Positions 10,088 through 20,155 of a DNA stretch of 64,000 bases are shown piece by piece. This DNA comes from an uncultured cyanobacterium (lineage in GTDB: Bacteria > Cyanobacteriota > Cyanobacteriia > Cyanobacteriales > Nostocaceae), in assembly GCA_963740315.1 (NCBI GenBank), contig CAVUDP010000002.1, positions 2,880,001 to 2,944,000 of the forward strand. The letters are read 5' to 3'. Numbering within the stretch: position 1 is the first letter of the stretch; each line of letters begins with the position of its first letter. Under the pieces are notes generated by a model, which saw only the letters and a list, made by a program, of their open reading frames with translations, ran no database searches and was not told the origin of the DNA. The position numbers were made by a program, and so were the translations under genes.

Positions 10088-12289
10088 ATGTCTGAATCTG
10101 CTGAGTTAAATCGGGAAAAAGCCGCACAGCTTGATAATTTTGTGAATCTGCTTGTTGATTTATCAATTATTGAACCATCGGATGGCTATGATTGCGACGA
10201 AATCAATGAATATCAAAGTCCTTTGAATTCGTCACGAGTGCGTAATCCTTATGATATTTCTGTTGGTGAAATTGCTAATGATAAGGAAAGTACGAAAGAA
10301 GCTAAATTTCCTCAAATCGAGAATCAATCTACTACTATTTATTTAGAAGCTAAATTGGATTCTCCTCAAACACTGTTACCAAACTACCGGGAGCTAGTGG
10401 GGGAAATTGCGGTAGAAACTTCACCGCTAGAACATAAATCTGAAAACTCAGAAGAACAAATTGCTGCTTTTCAAAATTTACAAGATATTTTAGTTGGAGA
10501 TGAATTAGCGGAAATTCAACAGTATTTAAAGAAGATAAACCATCAACTTTACGATTCTGATGAATTGATCGAGCTACTTTTACCGCAAATTACCGAACTT
10601 TTAAGGCGCAAAATTTCTGAATCAAAAGAAGAATTTGTAGAAGCGATCGCGCCAATTATAGATAGTGCTATCCATAGCAGAGTTGAGCAAGATAAAGACA
10701 GTATGGGTGAGGCTTTAGCAGCTGCGCTTCCTGTGGCAATTCGCGAGCAAATAAACGTAGATTCGGAAGTGTTTGCAGAAGCGATCGCGCCAGCTATGGG
10801 AGAAGCAATTACAAAACAAATTGAACTTGAAAAAGATAAAATTGTGGATGCACTGTACCCGGTAATTGGTAATACAATTGCCAAGTACATGGGAGAAACT
10901 ATTCAAGCAATTAACGAACAAGTTGAAAATACTCTGAGTTTTGAAGGAATAAAACGCAAGATTAAAGCCAAATTACAGGGGGTTTCTGAAGCCGAGTTAA
11001 TTGTTAAAGAGTCGATAACTTTTACACCTCAAGCTATCTTTTTGATTCACAAAGCATCGGGTTTAGTTATTTGCGATATTCAACATAAGGATTCCGAGCA
11101 TCTTGAGTCAGATATGATCGCGGGAATGCTAACGGCAATTCGCAGCTTTGCCAATGATTGTATGATTCAGTCGGGGAATTCCGAACTTGATGAGATTGAT
11201 TACGGTAATTTTAAGATAATTTTAGAAGTTGCAGGATACTGTTATCTCGCAATTATTGTTAAGGGAAAGCCGCCCAAAGAATTTATCTTGAAGATGCGGG
11301 AAATTCTCAGCCAAATAATCAAAGCTTACGGTAAATCAATTGAAGAATTTGATGGAGATTTGGAAACAGTTCCTACTGAAATAAATACGCTTTTGGAAAA
11401 TTTAATAGATTTTAAGCATCATAAAGAAGAGAAAAATCAATCTTCTCCGCTCTTAATATTAAGCTTAGGAATTCTAGCTATAATTTTTATTCCTTGGGGT
11501 ATTTGGCAATATCGCAGCAATCAAATTCATGCCATTGAAAATAAAGCAGCTTTGGCTTTGGCTTCTGCGCCGGAATTATCAGTTTATCGTCTCGATGTCA
11601 AAGCAGATGGGGATAAACTCAAACTAATGGGAAGAGTTCCCAATCAATATTTGAAAACCAAAGCAAAACAAATTGCGGCTGCAACAGTTACTAATTTGAA
11701 AATTGATAATCGAATTATTTCAGTTGAAGTACCAGCATCACCAGTATTAGCTGCTTCTGAAGTTAAACGAATCACCGCAGTTTTAAATCAGATCGATGAT
11801 AATGATATTTCCGCTGATTACAGCGATGGTAAAGTTACCGTTATTGGTAGTATCAGCCGAATTGAAGATGCTAAAACAATTACTCAAGCATTTGAACAAA
11901 TTCCTGGTGTAAAAACGGTATCAAGTGCAGTACAGATAAAACCTCTTTCTATCTCAATTCGGTTTTATTTTGAACGGCAATCGTCAAATTTAGTTGCATT
12001 AGATTTAGAAAATAAAGTTAAGTTGGTAAAAAGATTTATGGATCGGTATCCGATGAAGAATATAAAAATTATTGGTTATAGCTATTCAAAAAACGAAACT
12101 TTTGCAACTGAAAAACTAGCACTTCAACGAGCAAAATCTGTACAGCAAGCATTGATTAAGCAAGGAATTTCTCCATCTCGCTTACAAGTTGTTGGTAAAA
12201 CGGATTTACCACCGGGAATTGATGAAAGCCAACCTTCATGGCTGATGCGCTGCGTTATTTTAGAACCAATTCTTGAAGATAAAACTTAG
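10088..12289 (+). CDS. Membrane protein: helical repeats + longin/roadblock-like domain + TM + BON domain(s) + OmpA-like C-terminal domain
   Basis: EAIAP helical repeats; AIFLIHKASGLVI...DMIAGMLTAIRSF...EIDYGNFKIILE...YLAIIVKG; TM LLILSLGILAIIFIPWGIW; BON-like LDVKADGDKLKLMGRV...IDNRI; OmpA-like IKIIGYS...LALQRAKSVQQALIKQGISPSRL. Confidence 0.8.
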   Translation: MSESAELNREKAAQLDNFVNLLVDLSIIEPSDGYDCDEINEYQSPLNSSRVRNPYDISVGEIANDKESTKEAKFPQIENQSTTIYLEAKLDSPQTLLPNYRELVGEIAVETSPLEHKSENSEEQIAAFQNLQDILVGDELAEIQQYLKKINHQLYDSDELIELLLPQITELLRRKISESKEEFVEAIAPIIDSAIHSRVEQDKDSMGEALAAALPVAIREQINVDSEVFAEAIAPAMGEAITKQIELEKDKIVDALYPVIGNTIAKYMGETIQAINEQVENTLSFEGIKRKIKAKLQGVSEAELIVKESITFTPQAIFLIHKASGLVICDIQHKDSEHLESDMIAGMLTAIRSFANDCMIQSGNSELDEIDYGNFKIILEVAGYCYLAIIVKGKPPKEFILKMREILSQIIKAYGKSIEEFDGDLETVPTEINTLLENLIDFKHHKEEKNQSSPLLILSLGILAIIFIPWGIWQYRSNQIHAIENKAALALASAPELSVYRLDVKADGDKLKLMGRVPNQYLKTKAKQIAAATVTNLKIDNRIISVEVPASPVLAASEVKRITAVLNQIDDNDISADYSDGKVTVIGSISRIEDAKTITQAFEQIPGVKTVSSAVQIKPLSISIRFYFERQSSNLVALDLENKVKLVKRFMDRYPMKNIKIIGYSYSKNETFATEKLALQRAKSVQQALIKQGISPSRLQVVGKTDLPPGIDESQPSWLMRCVILEPILEDKT

Positions 12290-12354
12290 AATCAATTATT
12301 ATTTGTCTGGTGCAGTTTATTCTATTTCATCTACCTAAAGTATAATTATTAATT

Positions 12355-12879
12355 ATGTCCACAATCTCTAAAAAAATATGTCTTATCGGTGATTTCGGCG
12401 TTGGTAAAACTAGCTTGATTCGCAGATTTGTTGATAAACAGTTTAGTGACAAATATTTGTCTACCGTTGGCGTGAAAATTTCTCGGAAAGCTGTCGAATT
12501 AACTGATTTAGAGCCACAAAAACAACTGACGCTACAGTTATTGATTTGGGATATAGAAGGGAGTACTAAATTCAAAGGAATTTCTGCAAGTTACTTTCAA
12601 GGAGCAAAAGGAGCAATTCTAGTTGGTGACGTGACGCGCCCAGAATCTCTAGAGAGTATTGCCGAACATCTTCAAGCTTTCCTTAAAGTTAATCCTACAG
12701 GTAAAGCTGCGATCGCTTTGAATAAATCAGACTTAATTGATGCAGAATATTTAGAAAAATATCGGCAAATTTATAGCTTCAACGATAATAGTGGTTTTGT
12801 TTCGACATATGCAACTTCAGCAAAAACGGGAACAAACGTTGACAACATTTTTCAATCTTTATCACATTCAATGATTTAA
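12355..12879 (+). CDS. Rab/Ras-like small GTPase (Rup-type)
   Basis: G1 GDFGVGKTS, G2 YLSTVG, G3 WDIEG, G4 NKSD, G5 SAK; 174 aa; no prenylation motif. Confidence 0.93.
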   Translation: MSTISKKICLIGDFGVGKTSLIRRFVDKQFSDKYLSTVGVKISRKAVELTDLEPQKQLTLQLLIWDIEGSTKFKGISASYFQGAKGAILVGDVTRPESLESIAEHLQAFLKVNPTGKAAIALNKSDLIDAEYLEKYRQIYSFNDNSGFVSTYATSAKTGTNVDNIFQSLSHSMI

Positions 12880-12883
12880 TAAC

Positions 12884-15268
12884 ATGAATCTATTTACAAA
12901 CATATTATCTTTACGTCGGATTGAATATGTAATTATCAACGAAGATTGGAAGATTATAGAATTATCTCCAAAAGTAAACCTTCTGGCTGAAAACTCGAAT
13001 GAGGTAGAGATAGGAAAAGATATTCGGATTGGGTTTCCCGAATTAATTGGAATTGAAGTTATTGCTAGCGATATTAGAGCGGGAAAACAAGAAAAGTTTG
13101 AACTTAGAGGAGTAATTCGCTCTCAAAAAGTTTTACATCCAATTTACATTGAGATTTGTATTGCTAATAATGTCAAAAACGATCGAACCAGTGATGAGCT
13201 ATTGATAATTGTTGAAGATGTAACCGAACAGATGGTTTTAGAACAATCTTTAGTTCAAGGTGCGAACGAAGCCAATCTTTTACTGCGTACTCTGAGTGCT
13301 TCTAAACAATATATCGACCAAATTGTTACTTCAATGGCTGATGCTTTATTAGTCACAACGCTATCAGGAAAAATCAAAACCATAAATCGGACAGCACAAA
13401 TTTTATTGGAATATGATGAAGCAGAAATTTCTGGATCGTCAATTTCTACAGTCTTGCGAGAAGTTGATAATTGGAAAGAAGAAATAGAACAAAGAGGAAA
13501 CGTTCAAACACCTTTATTTGGTCCTGTAACTCCTTTAGTTAAAGAAGTAGAAACTGTTTGTGAAACAAAGAGTGGAAAAACAATTCCGGTTGCTTTTTCT
13601 TGTTCAAAAGTTCAGACAGAAATCGATCATTTTCAAGGTTATGTTTATATATTGCGAGACATGACAGCCCGCAAACAGGCTGAGCTAGCAAAACAAGAGT
13701 TTTTAGCGATGATTAGTCATGAAATACGTACTCCAGTTGCGGCGGTAATTGGCATGGCTGATATACTGTTAAATACTGAATTGTCGAATCAACAAGAAGA
13801 ATTTGTTGAAACTATTTGTAATAGCGGTAAAGCTTTACTCGAAATTGTTAACGATATCCTTGATTTCTCCAAAATTGAATCTGGAAAATTAGAATTTGAA
13901 GAAGAACCTTTTCATTTAAATAGCTGTATTGAAGAATCTTTTTCCTTATTAGCACCGAAAGCTATGGAAAAAGAATTAGAACTTACTTTCCATGCAAATC
14001 CCGAAGTTCCTAAAGTTATTGTCGGGGATATAAGCCGACTGCGACAGATTTTAATTAATTTACTAAATAACGCCATTAAATTTACCGACACTGGAAGTGT
14101 GGAACTTTCAGTAACAAGTCGGGAGCGTCAAACTATTGGAAATGAAAAAAATAATTGCGAAATTGAGTTTGCACTCAAAGATACCGGAGTTGGAATACCA
14201 AGCAACCGCATTAATCGTTTATTTAAAGCCTTTAGTCAAGTAAATTCTTCAATAACTAGAAAGTATGGCGGTACGGGTTTAGGGTTAGCAATTTGTAAAC
14301 AATTGACTGAATTAATGGGCGGTAAAATTTGGGTAGAAACCGAAGAAGATCGCGGTAGTATATTCTACTTTACAATTACCACTCGCGCGATCGCAACACA
14401 ACTTAGTGGAGAATGGGAAAGCGAAACAAATGTATCCAATCTTGCATACGCCCGCAAACCAGAAGTCGCAGCGATCGATAGTGCGATCGCCGAAAAACAT
14501 CCTTTGAAAATACTTTTAGTAGAAGACTACGCAACCAATCAAAAAATGATAACTTTGATGTTGCAGCGAATGGGTTATCAAGCAAATATTGCCAACAATG
14601 GATTAGAAGCACTTACAGCATTACGTCGTCAGTCTTATGATGTGGTATTGATGGATATGCAAATGCCTCAAATGGATGGGATGACAGCAACCCACTATAT
14701 TTGTCAGGAATGGGAACCCTCAGTGCGCCCCCGAATTATTGCACTAACCGCAAGTGCGATGTTAAAGGATAAAGAAGATTATTTGGCATCTGGTATTGAT
14801 GATTTTCTTCCTAAACCTTTTCGCATTGAAGAATTGATGCAGGTACTTACGAAGTGTGAGTTGAATAGAAAAGAAATTGTTGCAAAATCTCAGAACAAAA
14901 ATGATTATATAATTGACAATACGGCATTGCAAGAAATCTATCGTATAGCTGATTTTAATTGTGGAGTAAATGCCAGAGAATTTTTAATAGAAACTATTGA
15001 TGAATATTTGGAAGAAGCTCCCAGGTTTCTACAAGATATTCAAGTTGCTTTAGATCGAGATGATTTTAAAACTGCTCTGCGATTGGTACATACACTTTCT
15101 TCAAGTAGTGCAACATTAGGTGCAAATAATTTAGCTGGTTTATGTGCGGAGTTGGAGATGATATTAACAAACGAAATGCAAGAGGGCATAAAAGAGCAAA
15201 TTGATAAAATTGAAGCTGAATATGAAAATGTGAAAAGTGCTTTGGTGCAACAGCGAGAGAAGTATTAG
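12884..15268 (+). CDS. PAS-domain hybrid histidine kinase (PAS-HisKA-HATPase-REC-Hpt)
   Basis: ISHEIRTP H-box, NLLNNAIKF, DTGVG, GGTGLGL, REC LMDMQMP, Hpt VHTLSSSSATLGA; starts 4 nt after the GTPase stop. Confidence 0.95.
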   Translation: MNLFTNILSLRRIEYVIINEDWKIIELSPKVNLLAENSNEVEIGKDIRIGFPELIGIEVIASDIRAGKQEKFELRGVIRSQKVLHPIYIEICIANNVKNDRTSDELLIIVEDVTEQMVLEQSLVQGANEANLLLRTLSASKQYIDQIVTSMADALLVTTLSGKIKTINRTAQILLEYDEAEISGSSISTVLREVDNWKEEIEQRGNVQTPLFGPVTPLVKEVETVCETKSGKTIPVAFSCSKVQTEIDHFQGYVYILRDMTARKQAELAKQEFLAMISHEIRTPVAAVIGMADILLNTELSNQQEEFVETICNSGKALLEIVNDILDFSKIESGKLEFEEEPFHLNSCIEESFSLLAPKAMEKELELTFHANPEVPKVIVGDISRLRQILINLLNNAIKFTDTGSVELSVTSRERQTIGNEKNNCEIEFALKDTGVGIPSNRINRLFKAFSQVNSSITRKYGGTGLGLAICKQLTELMGGKIWVETEEDRGSIFYFTITTRAIATQLSGEWESETNVSNLAYARKPEVAAIDSAIAEKHPLKILLVEDYATNQKMITLMLQRMGYQANIANNGLEALTALRRQSYDVVLMDMQMPQMDGMTATHYICQEWEPSVRPRIIALTASAMLKDKEDYLASGIDDFLPKPFRIEELMQVLTKCELNRKEIVAKSQNKNDYIIDNTALQEIYRIADFNCGVNAREFLIETIDEYLEEAPRFLQDIQVALDRDDFKTALRLVHTLSSSSATLGANNLAGLCAELEMILTNEMQEGIKEQIDKIEAEYENVKSALVQQREKY

Positions 15269-15281
15269 AAAGTACCACATC

Positions 15282-15336
15282 GCCCTCACCCTCGAAGGGT
15301 GGGGCTACAATTACAAAGCCCGCCTGCGTGGGCTAA
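15282..15336. repeat. REP-like double hairpin between convergent genes
   Basis: GCCCTCACCCT-CGA-AGGGTGGGGC and AGCCCGC-CT-GCGTGGGCT. Confidence 0.65.
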
Positions 15337-15337
15337 G

Positions 15338-16801
15338 TTAAGTGTTGAGTATAAGTTTTTGGAAGCGATCGTCATTACGAATGGTATCAAAATCACTATC
15401 CGTTTTTGCCATTTCTCGATATTTTTCAGGATTTAGATTGATGGCAATTTGTAGATTTTCAATTGCTTGCTCGATGTTATTTTGTAGAGCGTAATAGCAA
15501 GCTTTGTTATACCAAGCTTGGTAATAATCGGGTTTAATTTCAATGGCTTTTTCTAATGATGCGATCGCCTCTTCTAATCTTCCCAACTCACCCAGCGCAT
15601 TACCCCGGTTGTACCAAGCTTCGTGATAATCGGGTTTAATTTCAATGGCTTTGTCGTAAGATGCGATCGCCTCTTCTAATCTTCCCAAATCACCCAGCGC
15701 ATTACCCCGGTTGTACCAAGCATCGTGATCGTCGGGTTTAATTTCAACAGCTTTATCGTAAGATGCGATCGCCTCTTCTAATCTTCCCAACTCACCTAGC
15801 GCATAACCCCGGATGCTCCAAGCATCGTGTTTATCGGGTTTAATTTCAATGGCTTTTTCGTAAGATGCGATCGCCTCTTCTAATCTTCCCAACTCACCCA
15901 GCGCTATACCCCGGTTGTACCAAGCTTGGTGATAATCGGGTTTAATTTCAACAGCTTGATCGTAGGATGCGATCGCCTCTTCTAATCTTCCCAACTGACG
16001 CAACGCTATACCCAGGCTGTTCCAAGCTTGGTGATAATCGGGTTTAATTTCAATGGCTTTATCAAATGCTTTTAAAGCTGCTTCATACTCTTCCGCAGCA
16101 CTCAGTAATATTCCCTGCTCTCTTAATAATTCAGCTTTCTTATCAAGAGTCTGGTGCTTTTCTTCCAGTAATTCTTCAATTTCTAGAATTTTTTCAATTT
16201 TCTGTTGTGGAGTTAAGCTTAAATATTTTTCATAATCCCCTTCCTTAAGCAAACGAGATGATTCTTGCTCTAATAATTCCGGTTTTGTGGGAAACTCAAA
16301 AATACTCGAGCGCCAATCAAAGAAATCTGGAGCGCGATGAATAAAATATTTTAAAGAAAAGGAACGAAGGAGAAAAACAAAGCAAATATTAAAGGTATCT
16401 CGAAATCTTTCTCGATGTAAATTTAAGTGGTTAAGGATTTTTGGAACCCCTTTCCAACTGTAAGCAAATCGTCCGCTTTTTTCGCCAAACTTAGTTTGTT
16501 CGTATTCGTATAGTGAATGTTCTAAACCTTGAATAAATAAAATATTTATCTGTTCTCGGTTTGGTAAGTTTTTGACAATCTCATATAAATTATCGATAGG
16601 TTCGTCAAACCGTAAAACTTCAATTGTCTTTTTCGGTAAATCTTCTTTAACTTTAGTAATTAACTCTTCACCTTCAACTGGAGTACATTGCACAAATAAT
16701 AAACGAAAACCTTGCGATCGTTCCAAAGTGCGAACAAATGCGCTTATTTCTTCCTCCGGCTCAGCGGGTAAATCTTCGTCCCAATTAATTTCTGATGTCA
16801 T
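15338..16801 (-). CDS. TPR-repeat protein with N-terminal non-TPR (possibly inactive ATPase-like) domain
   Basis: 34-aa repeats AWYNRGNALGELGRLEEAIASYDKAIEIKPD; N-terminal LNLHRERFRD...APDFFDWRS; start at ATG 16801. Confidence 0.9.
   Translation of the reverse strand: MTSEINWDEDLPAEPEEEISAFVRTLERSQGFRLLFVQCTPVEGEELITKVKEDLPKKTIEVLRFDEPIDNLYEIVKNLPNREQINILFIQGLEHSLYEYEQTKFGEKSGRFAYSWKGVPKILNHLNLHRERFRDTFNICFVFLLRSFSLKYFIHRAPDFFDWRSSIFEFPTKPELLEQESSRLLKEGDYEKYLSLTPQQKIEKILEIEELLEEKHQTLDKKAELLREQGILLSAAEEYEAALKAFDKAIEIKPDYHQAWNSLGIALRQLGRLEEAIASYDQAVEIKPDYHQAWYNRGIALGELGRLEEAIASYEKAIEIKPDKHDAWSIRGYALGELGRLEEAIASYDKAVEIKPDDHDAWYNRGNALGDLGRLEEAIASYDKAIEIKPDYHEAWYNRGNALGELGRLEEAIASLEKAIEIKPDYYQAWYNKACYYALQNNIEQAIENLQIAINLNPEKYREMAKTDSDFDTIRNDDRFQKLILNT
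15500..16060 (-). repeat. Near-identical 102-bp intragenic TPR tandem repeats
   Basis: GCGATCGCCTCTTCTAATCTTCCCAA recurs at 15561, 15663, 15765, 15867, 15969. Confidence 0.92.
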
Positions 16802-16875
16802 ATAGCAATCCGAATTTAAATGTGAGAAAACACGTAGACGCAATATTCAAATGGAAAGTAAAATTTTATTCATAC

Positions 16876-17290
16876 CTGGCGACTATAAGTCGCGGCTACA
16901 GAGGCAAAACCCGCCTGCGCGGGTTGTTTAATTAAGTCCACGCACCATCTGGACTTAGCTTGTGTAGTAGCGGTTTCAACCGCCAGTTTGTTTCTAAATT
17001 TATTACAAATCATTTAGGATTGCTATATCATAATCGTTTAAATAACTGTCAATGCGAATTTCACGATACAACCGCAAAGTGTCATTGCGAGGAACGAAGC
17101 AATCCCAGTCACTGCGGTTGCTTCGTCGTTCCTCCTCGCAATGACATATAGCGAATTAAATACAATCTTGTGGGATGGAGAGCAGCGCGTTGCGGAGGTT
17201 CCCTCCGTTGTAGCGACTGCGGGGCATCCCTGCCCGTCCGAATTTCACTAACTTATTTTGTATTGCATTCAACTGAAAACCGCTATATAC
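16876..17290. repeat. Stack of REP-like palindromes and nested small dispersed repeats
   Basis: Four-hairpin block 16876-16986; GTCATTGCGAGGAACGAAGCAATC palindrome 17080-17145; TATAGCG...CGCTATA-bounded block with nested insertion 17147-17287. Confidence 0.7.
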
Positions 17291-17307
17291 GTTAATTAAT
17301 TCCGATA

Positions 17308-18654
17308 TCATGACTGATTTTTCGCCACTAATTCTTTAAATTCTTGTATTCCTTGAATCAAAGGATGAACGTCACACCAACGCTCAATTTCACCTTCTGC
17401 ATCTAAGTGACGATATTCCAAAAGACAGCGATTAAATAATAAACTGCGATACTTTTTATCGTTAACTACTCGCTTGGAACGAAATACTTCTGCGAGTAAA
17501 CCCCATTGACTATGTTCAACGGTTTGACGGTAAGTATTTCGTGCTTCGGTAATGGCTCGTCTGACTGCTTTTTGAGAAATTGGTAATTGTGCTGTACGAG
17601 CGATCGCATCTTGTGTTAACAATAGTAAATTTCGCACGTGTCCCCCGCTCATCAAACACAGTCGATCGAATGTTTCGGGACTGTCAAATATTTCTGTATC
17701 TATAGATATATAAGTCGTATGTGGATTGACTCTTTTAATAATAATTTCTTTTATTTTATCTAACCCCGGTTGGCAAACTTTTCCATCGGGAGTCCGCACC
17801 ATAACCATTGGTAAAACTTGAGTATCGCTATAAATATCTCTGAGATCGGTTCCCCGTTGCGAATATACTAATGATATGGGTACGGTGTAGATCAGATGAC
17901 AATCTAAAGCTTTGAGTTGTTCGCTACGGTCAAGAAATATTTCTTCATGATTAGTCTTTTGATTATCATCACTAATAATTGGTGCAATTCTATCTAAGTT
18001 ATCAACAATTACCGCTAATTCCGTACAACCGTTGGGAAGTTGCTTTTTTGCTTCTTTAAGAAACTCGTTTAAAACATCAATTAAACTAACCGTATAAGGG
18101 TCTACTTTTTTGCGAATTTTATGACGTAAAGTTGGTTCGGCTCTCAAATTCGCTGTTAGTTTCGCAAACTGAGATATTTGTCCTTCCACACTCATTCCAT
18201 CAAAAGACATTTCCGTTTGCGCTAAATATTTGATATCTTCCCAACGGTCTTTTAACCAGTTTAATAATAGATTAGGATTGGCGCTGTTTTTAAGTTCTTC
18301 TAAAATGTGTCGAGTACAAGCAAGCAAAATGTCGGTATATTCAGCATCTTCCGATTGAATATCTTCCTCATCAGCAGCGAAATAAACCACATAAAATTTT
18401 TGTTCTTCCAAAGCTTGCTTTAATTTCAGCAATTCCGTAGATTTACCAGCACCGCGATGACCCGAATATAGCTGACAAGTCTTTGTATCGGAAAGTGAAA
18501 TTCTACGTCCCAAATCCTCCAAAATATCCCCATCACCGCGAACTTCCCGACAATCTACATAAGTTGGATCGCCAGCAGGTAAAGGACGAAAAGGGTCAAA
18601 AGCGTTGTATAGATTTTTGAGTAATTGCTTTTCTTGTAGAGAATTTATAACCAT
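17308..18654 (-). CDS. P-loop ATPase (AAA+/STAND-like), upstream partner of the TPR gene
   Basis: Walker A SGHRGAGKST, Walker B AVIVDNLDR, SGGHVR sensor helix, C-terminal WCDVHP. Confidence 0.88.
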   Translation of the reverse strand: MVINSLQEKQLLKNLYNAFDPFRPLPAGDPTYVDCREVRGDGDILEDLGRRISLSDTKTCQLYSGHRGAGKSTELLKLKQALEEQKFYVVYFAADEEDIQSEDAEYTDILLACTRHILEELKNSANPNLLLNWLKDRWEDIKYLAQTEMSFDGMSVEGQISQFAKLTANLRAEPTLRHKIRKKVDPYTVSLIDVLNEFLKEAKKQLPNGCTELAVIVDNLDRIAPIISDDNQKTNHEEIFLDRSEQLKALDCHLIYTVPISLVYSQRGTDLRDIYSDTQVLPMVMVRTPDGKVCQPGLDKIKEIIIKRVNPHTTYISIDTEIFDSPETFDRLCLMSGGHVRNLLLLTQDAIARTAQLPISQKAVRRAITEARNTYRQTVEHSQWGLLAEVFRSKRVVNDKKYRSLLFNRCLLEYRHLDAEGEIERWCDVHPLIQGIQEFKELVAKNQS

Positions 18655-19191
18655 ATTTCCCACTTTTACGTTATTTTCTTAAAGTATAAGAAAAATTACG
18701 CTTTCCGAAATTTGTTTTTTTTGGCAACGTTTTCTGATATTATTTTTATATAAAGTGTTTTTTTTATAATGGGAATCTATACCCAAATAAAAATTTTGCC
18801 GCCATCCGATTATAATAAAGTCTTTTTTATCTCTATAACAATAATTATCTCACATTAAGGGGATTTTTTTTCAATCAATAAATTAACAATTTTTTTTCAA
18901 AGATTTGCAATTGTGTTTTCTTGCTTTTAGAGCGGTGGGATTCTGGTTTTATATAAATTAAAATTATCGATCGTTGTGCTGAGTGGTTGGCTTTCTTAGC
19001 GATCGCTTTCTCCCAACATTATTTTTGGAAATTTTCAAGTCCACAAAGTTGTTGCAATTCTTACAAACATGACTGATATAATATCGAGTTTTTCTCAATA
19101 AAAATACTGTTTTCCTATTTTTAGAGTAGATTAAAATACCATTAACACTTAAAATGAAGCAACAAATTTAAGCAAGAGATTTTATAAAACT

Positions 19192-20142
19192 TTAGGTAAC
19201 GTGCCATCTTTTCACCTGCGCTTCCAAATCCCCAGACAACCATCCATCGAACTGCGGATAAACGGGTAATCTCGGTACTAATTCCCAACCTCCGGGCTGC
19301 AATATTTCTCGCAATTCTTTTTCTTGAATATGCGGATAATCTGGATTAACTTCATCTTTGGGACTAATTCCTCCCAAATCTCTCGCACCTGCTTCTATAC
19401 AAGCGAGCAACCATTGTTCATCTTTTACTAAGTTTGGCGGAATTTGAATGGTAATATCTGCGGGTAAAATAGCCCTGGCTTTTGCTATTACTTGTGGTAG
19501 TTGATGCGGATTAAAAGGTGGAAAATCAAAACTTTGCTGAGTACCCGGACTGTGTGGTTGTAAAATAACTTCTTGAATATGTTGATAGCTTTGATGCAGT
19601 TGAGCGATCGCTTCTAATGTATCCCAGCAATCTTGTTCTGTTTCTCCAATTCCTAATAGCAATCCCGTTGTAAAAGGTATTTTTAATTCACCAGCCCACT
19701 GTAATTGCTGCAATCTTAATTGTGGTAATTTACTTGGTGCGTGTTTATGAACTGTTTGTAATAAAGCTGGTGTTAACTGTTCTAACATTAACCCCATTGA
19801 AACGTTGACTTCTTTAAGCTTTTGCATTTCTTCAAGTCTCAATGGTCCCGCATTTGTGTGGGGCAAAAAACCCATTGACAATGCTAATTTACATAGATCG
19901 TAAATCAAATTAAACCATTCTTCTCGTCGTGGTGAATTAGGATGAACTTCTCCACTTAATATCAATATTTCACAAACATTTTGCTCTTGAAGTCTTTTGA
20001 AAATATCTTTTGTTGCTGATAAAGATAACCAAGTATCATTTCCAGGTTCTGTACGGAAGTTGCAGTAAGTACACCTGTTAAAACATTCGTAGGTAGGAAC
20101 GATCGTGTAAGCAGGGCTATAGGTTATACGGGATGTAGACAT
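19192..20142 (-). CDS. cofG: 7,8-didemethyl-8-hydroxy-5-deazariboflavin (FO) synthase subunit CofG
   Basis: ITYSPAYTIVPTYECFNRCTYC radical-SAM motif, LPHTNAG, SMGLMLE, PFTTGLLLGIGE, QIPPNL, DEVNPDYP. Confidence 0.93.
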   Translation of the reverse strand: MSTSRITYSPAYTIVPTYECFNRCTYCNFRTEPGNDTWLSLSATKDIFKRLQEQNVCEILILSGEVHPNSPRREEWFNLIYDLCKLALSMGFLPHTNAGPLRLEEMQKLKEVNVSMGLMLEQLTPALLQTVHKHAPSKLPQLRLQQLQWAGELKIPFTTGLLLGIGETEQDCWDTLEAIAQLHQSYQHIQEVILQPHSPGTQQSFDFPPFNPHQLPQVIAKARAILPADITIQIPPNLVKDEQWLLACIEAGARDLGGISPKDEVNPDYPHIQEKELREILQPGGWELVPRLPVYPQFDGWLSGDLEAQVKRWHVT

Positions 20143-20155
20143 GGAATAAAAGTGG

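Noticed and set aside
15500..16060. Possible CRISPR or DGR template/variable repeat pair
   Set aside because: In-frame 102-bp TPR coding repeats; no reverse transcriptase in the window; differences not adenine-specific by eye
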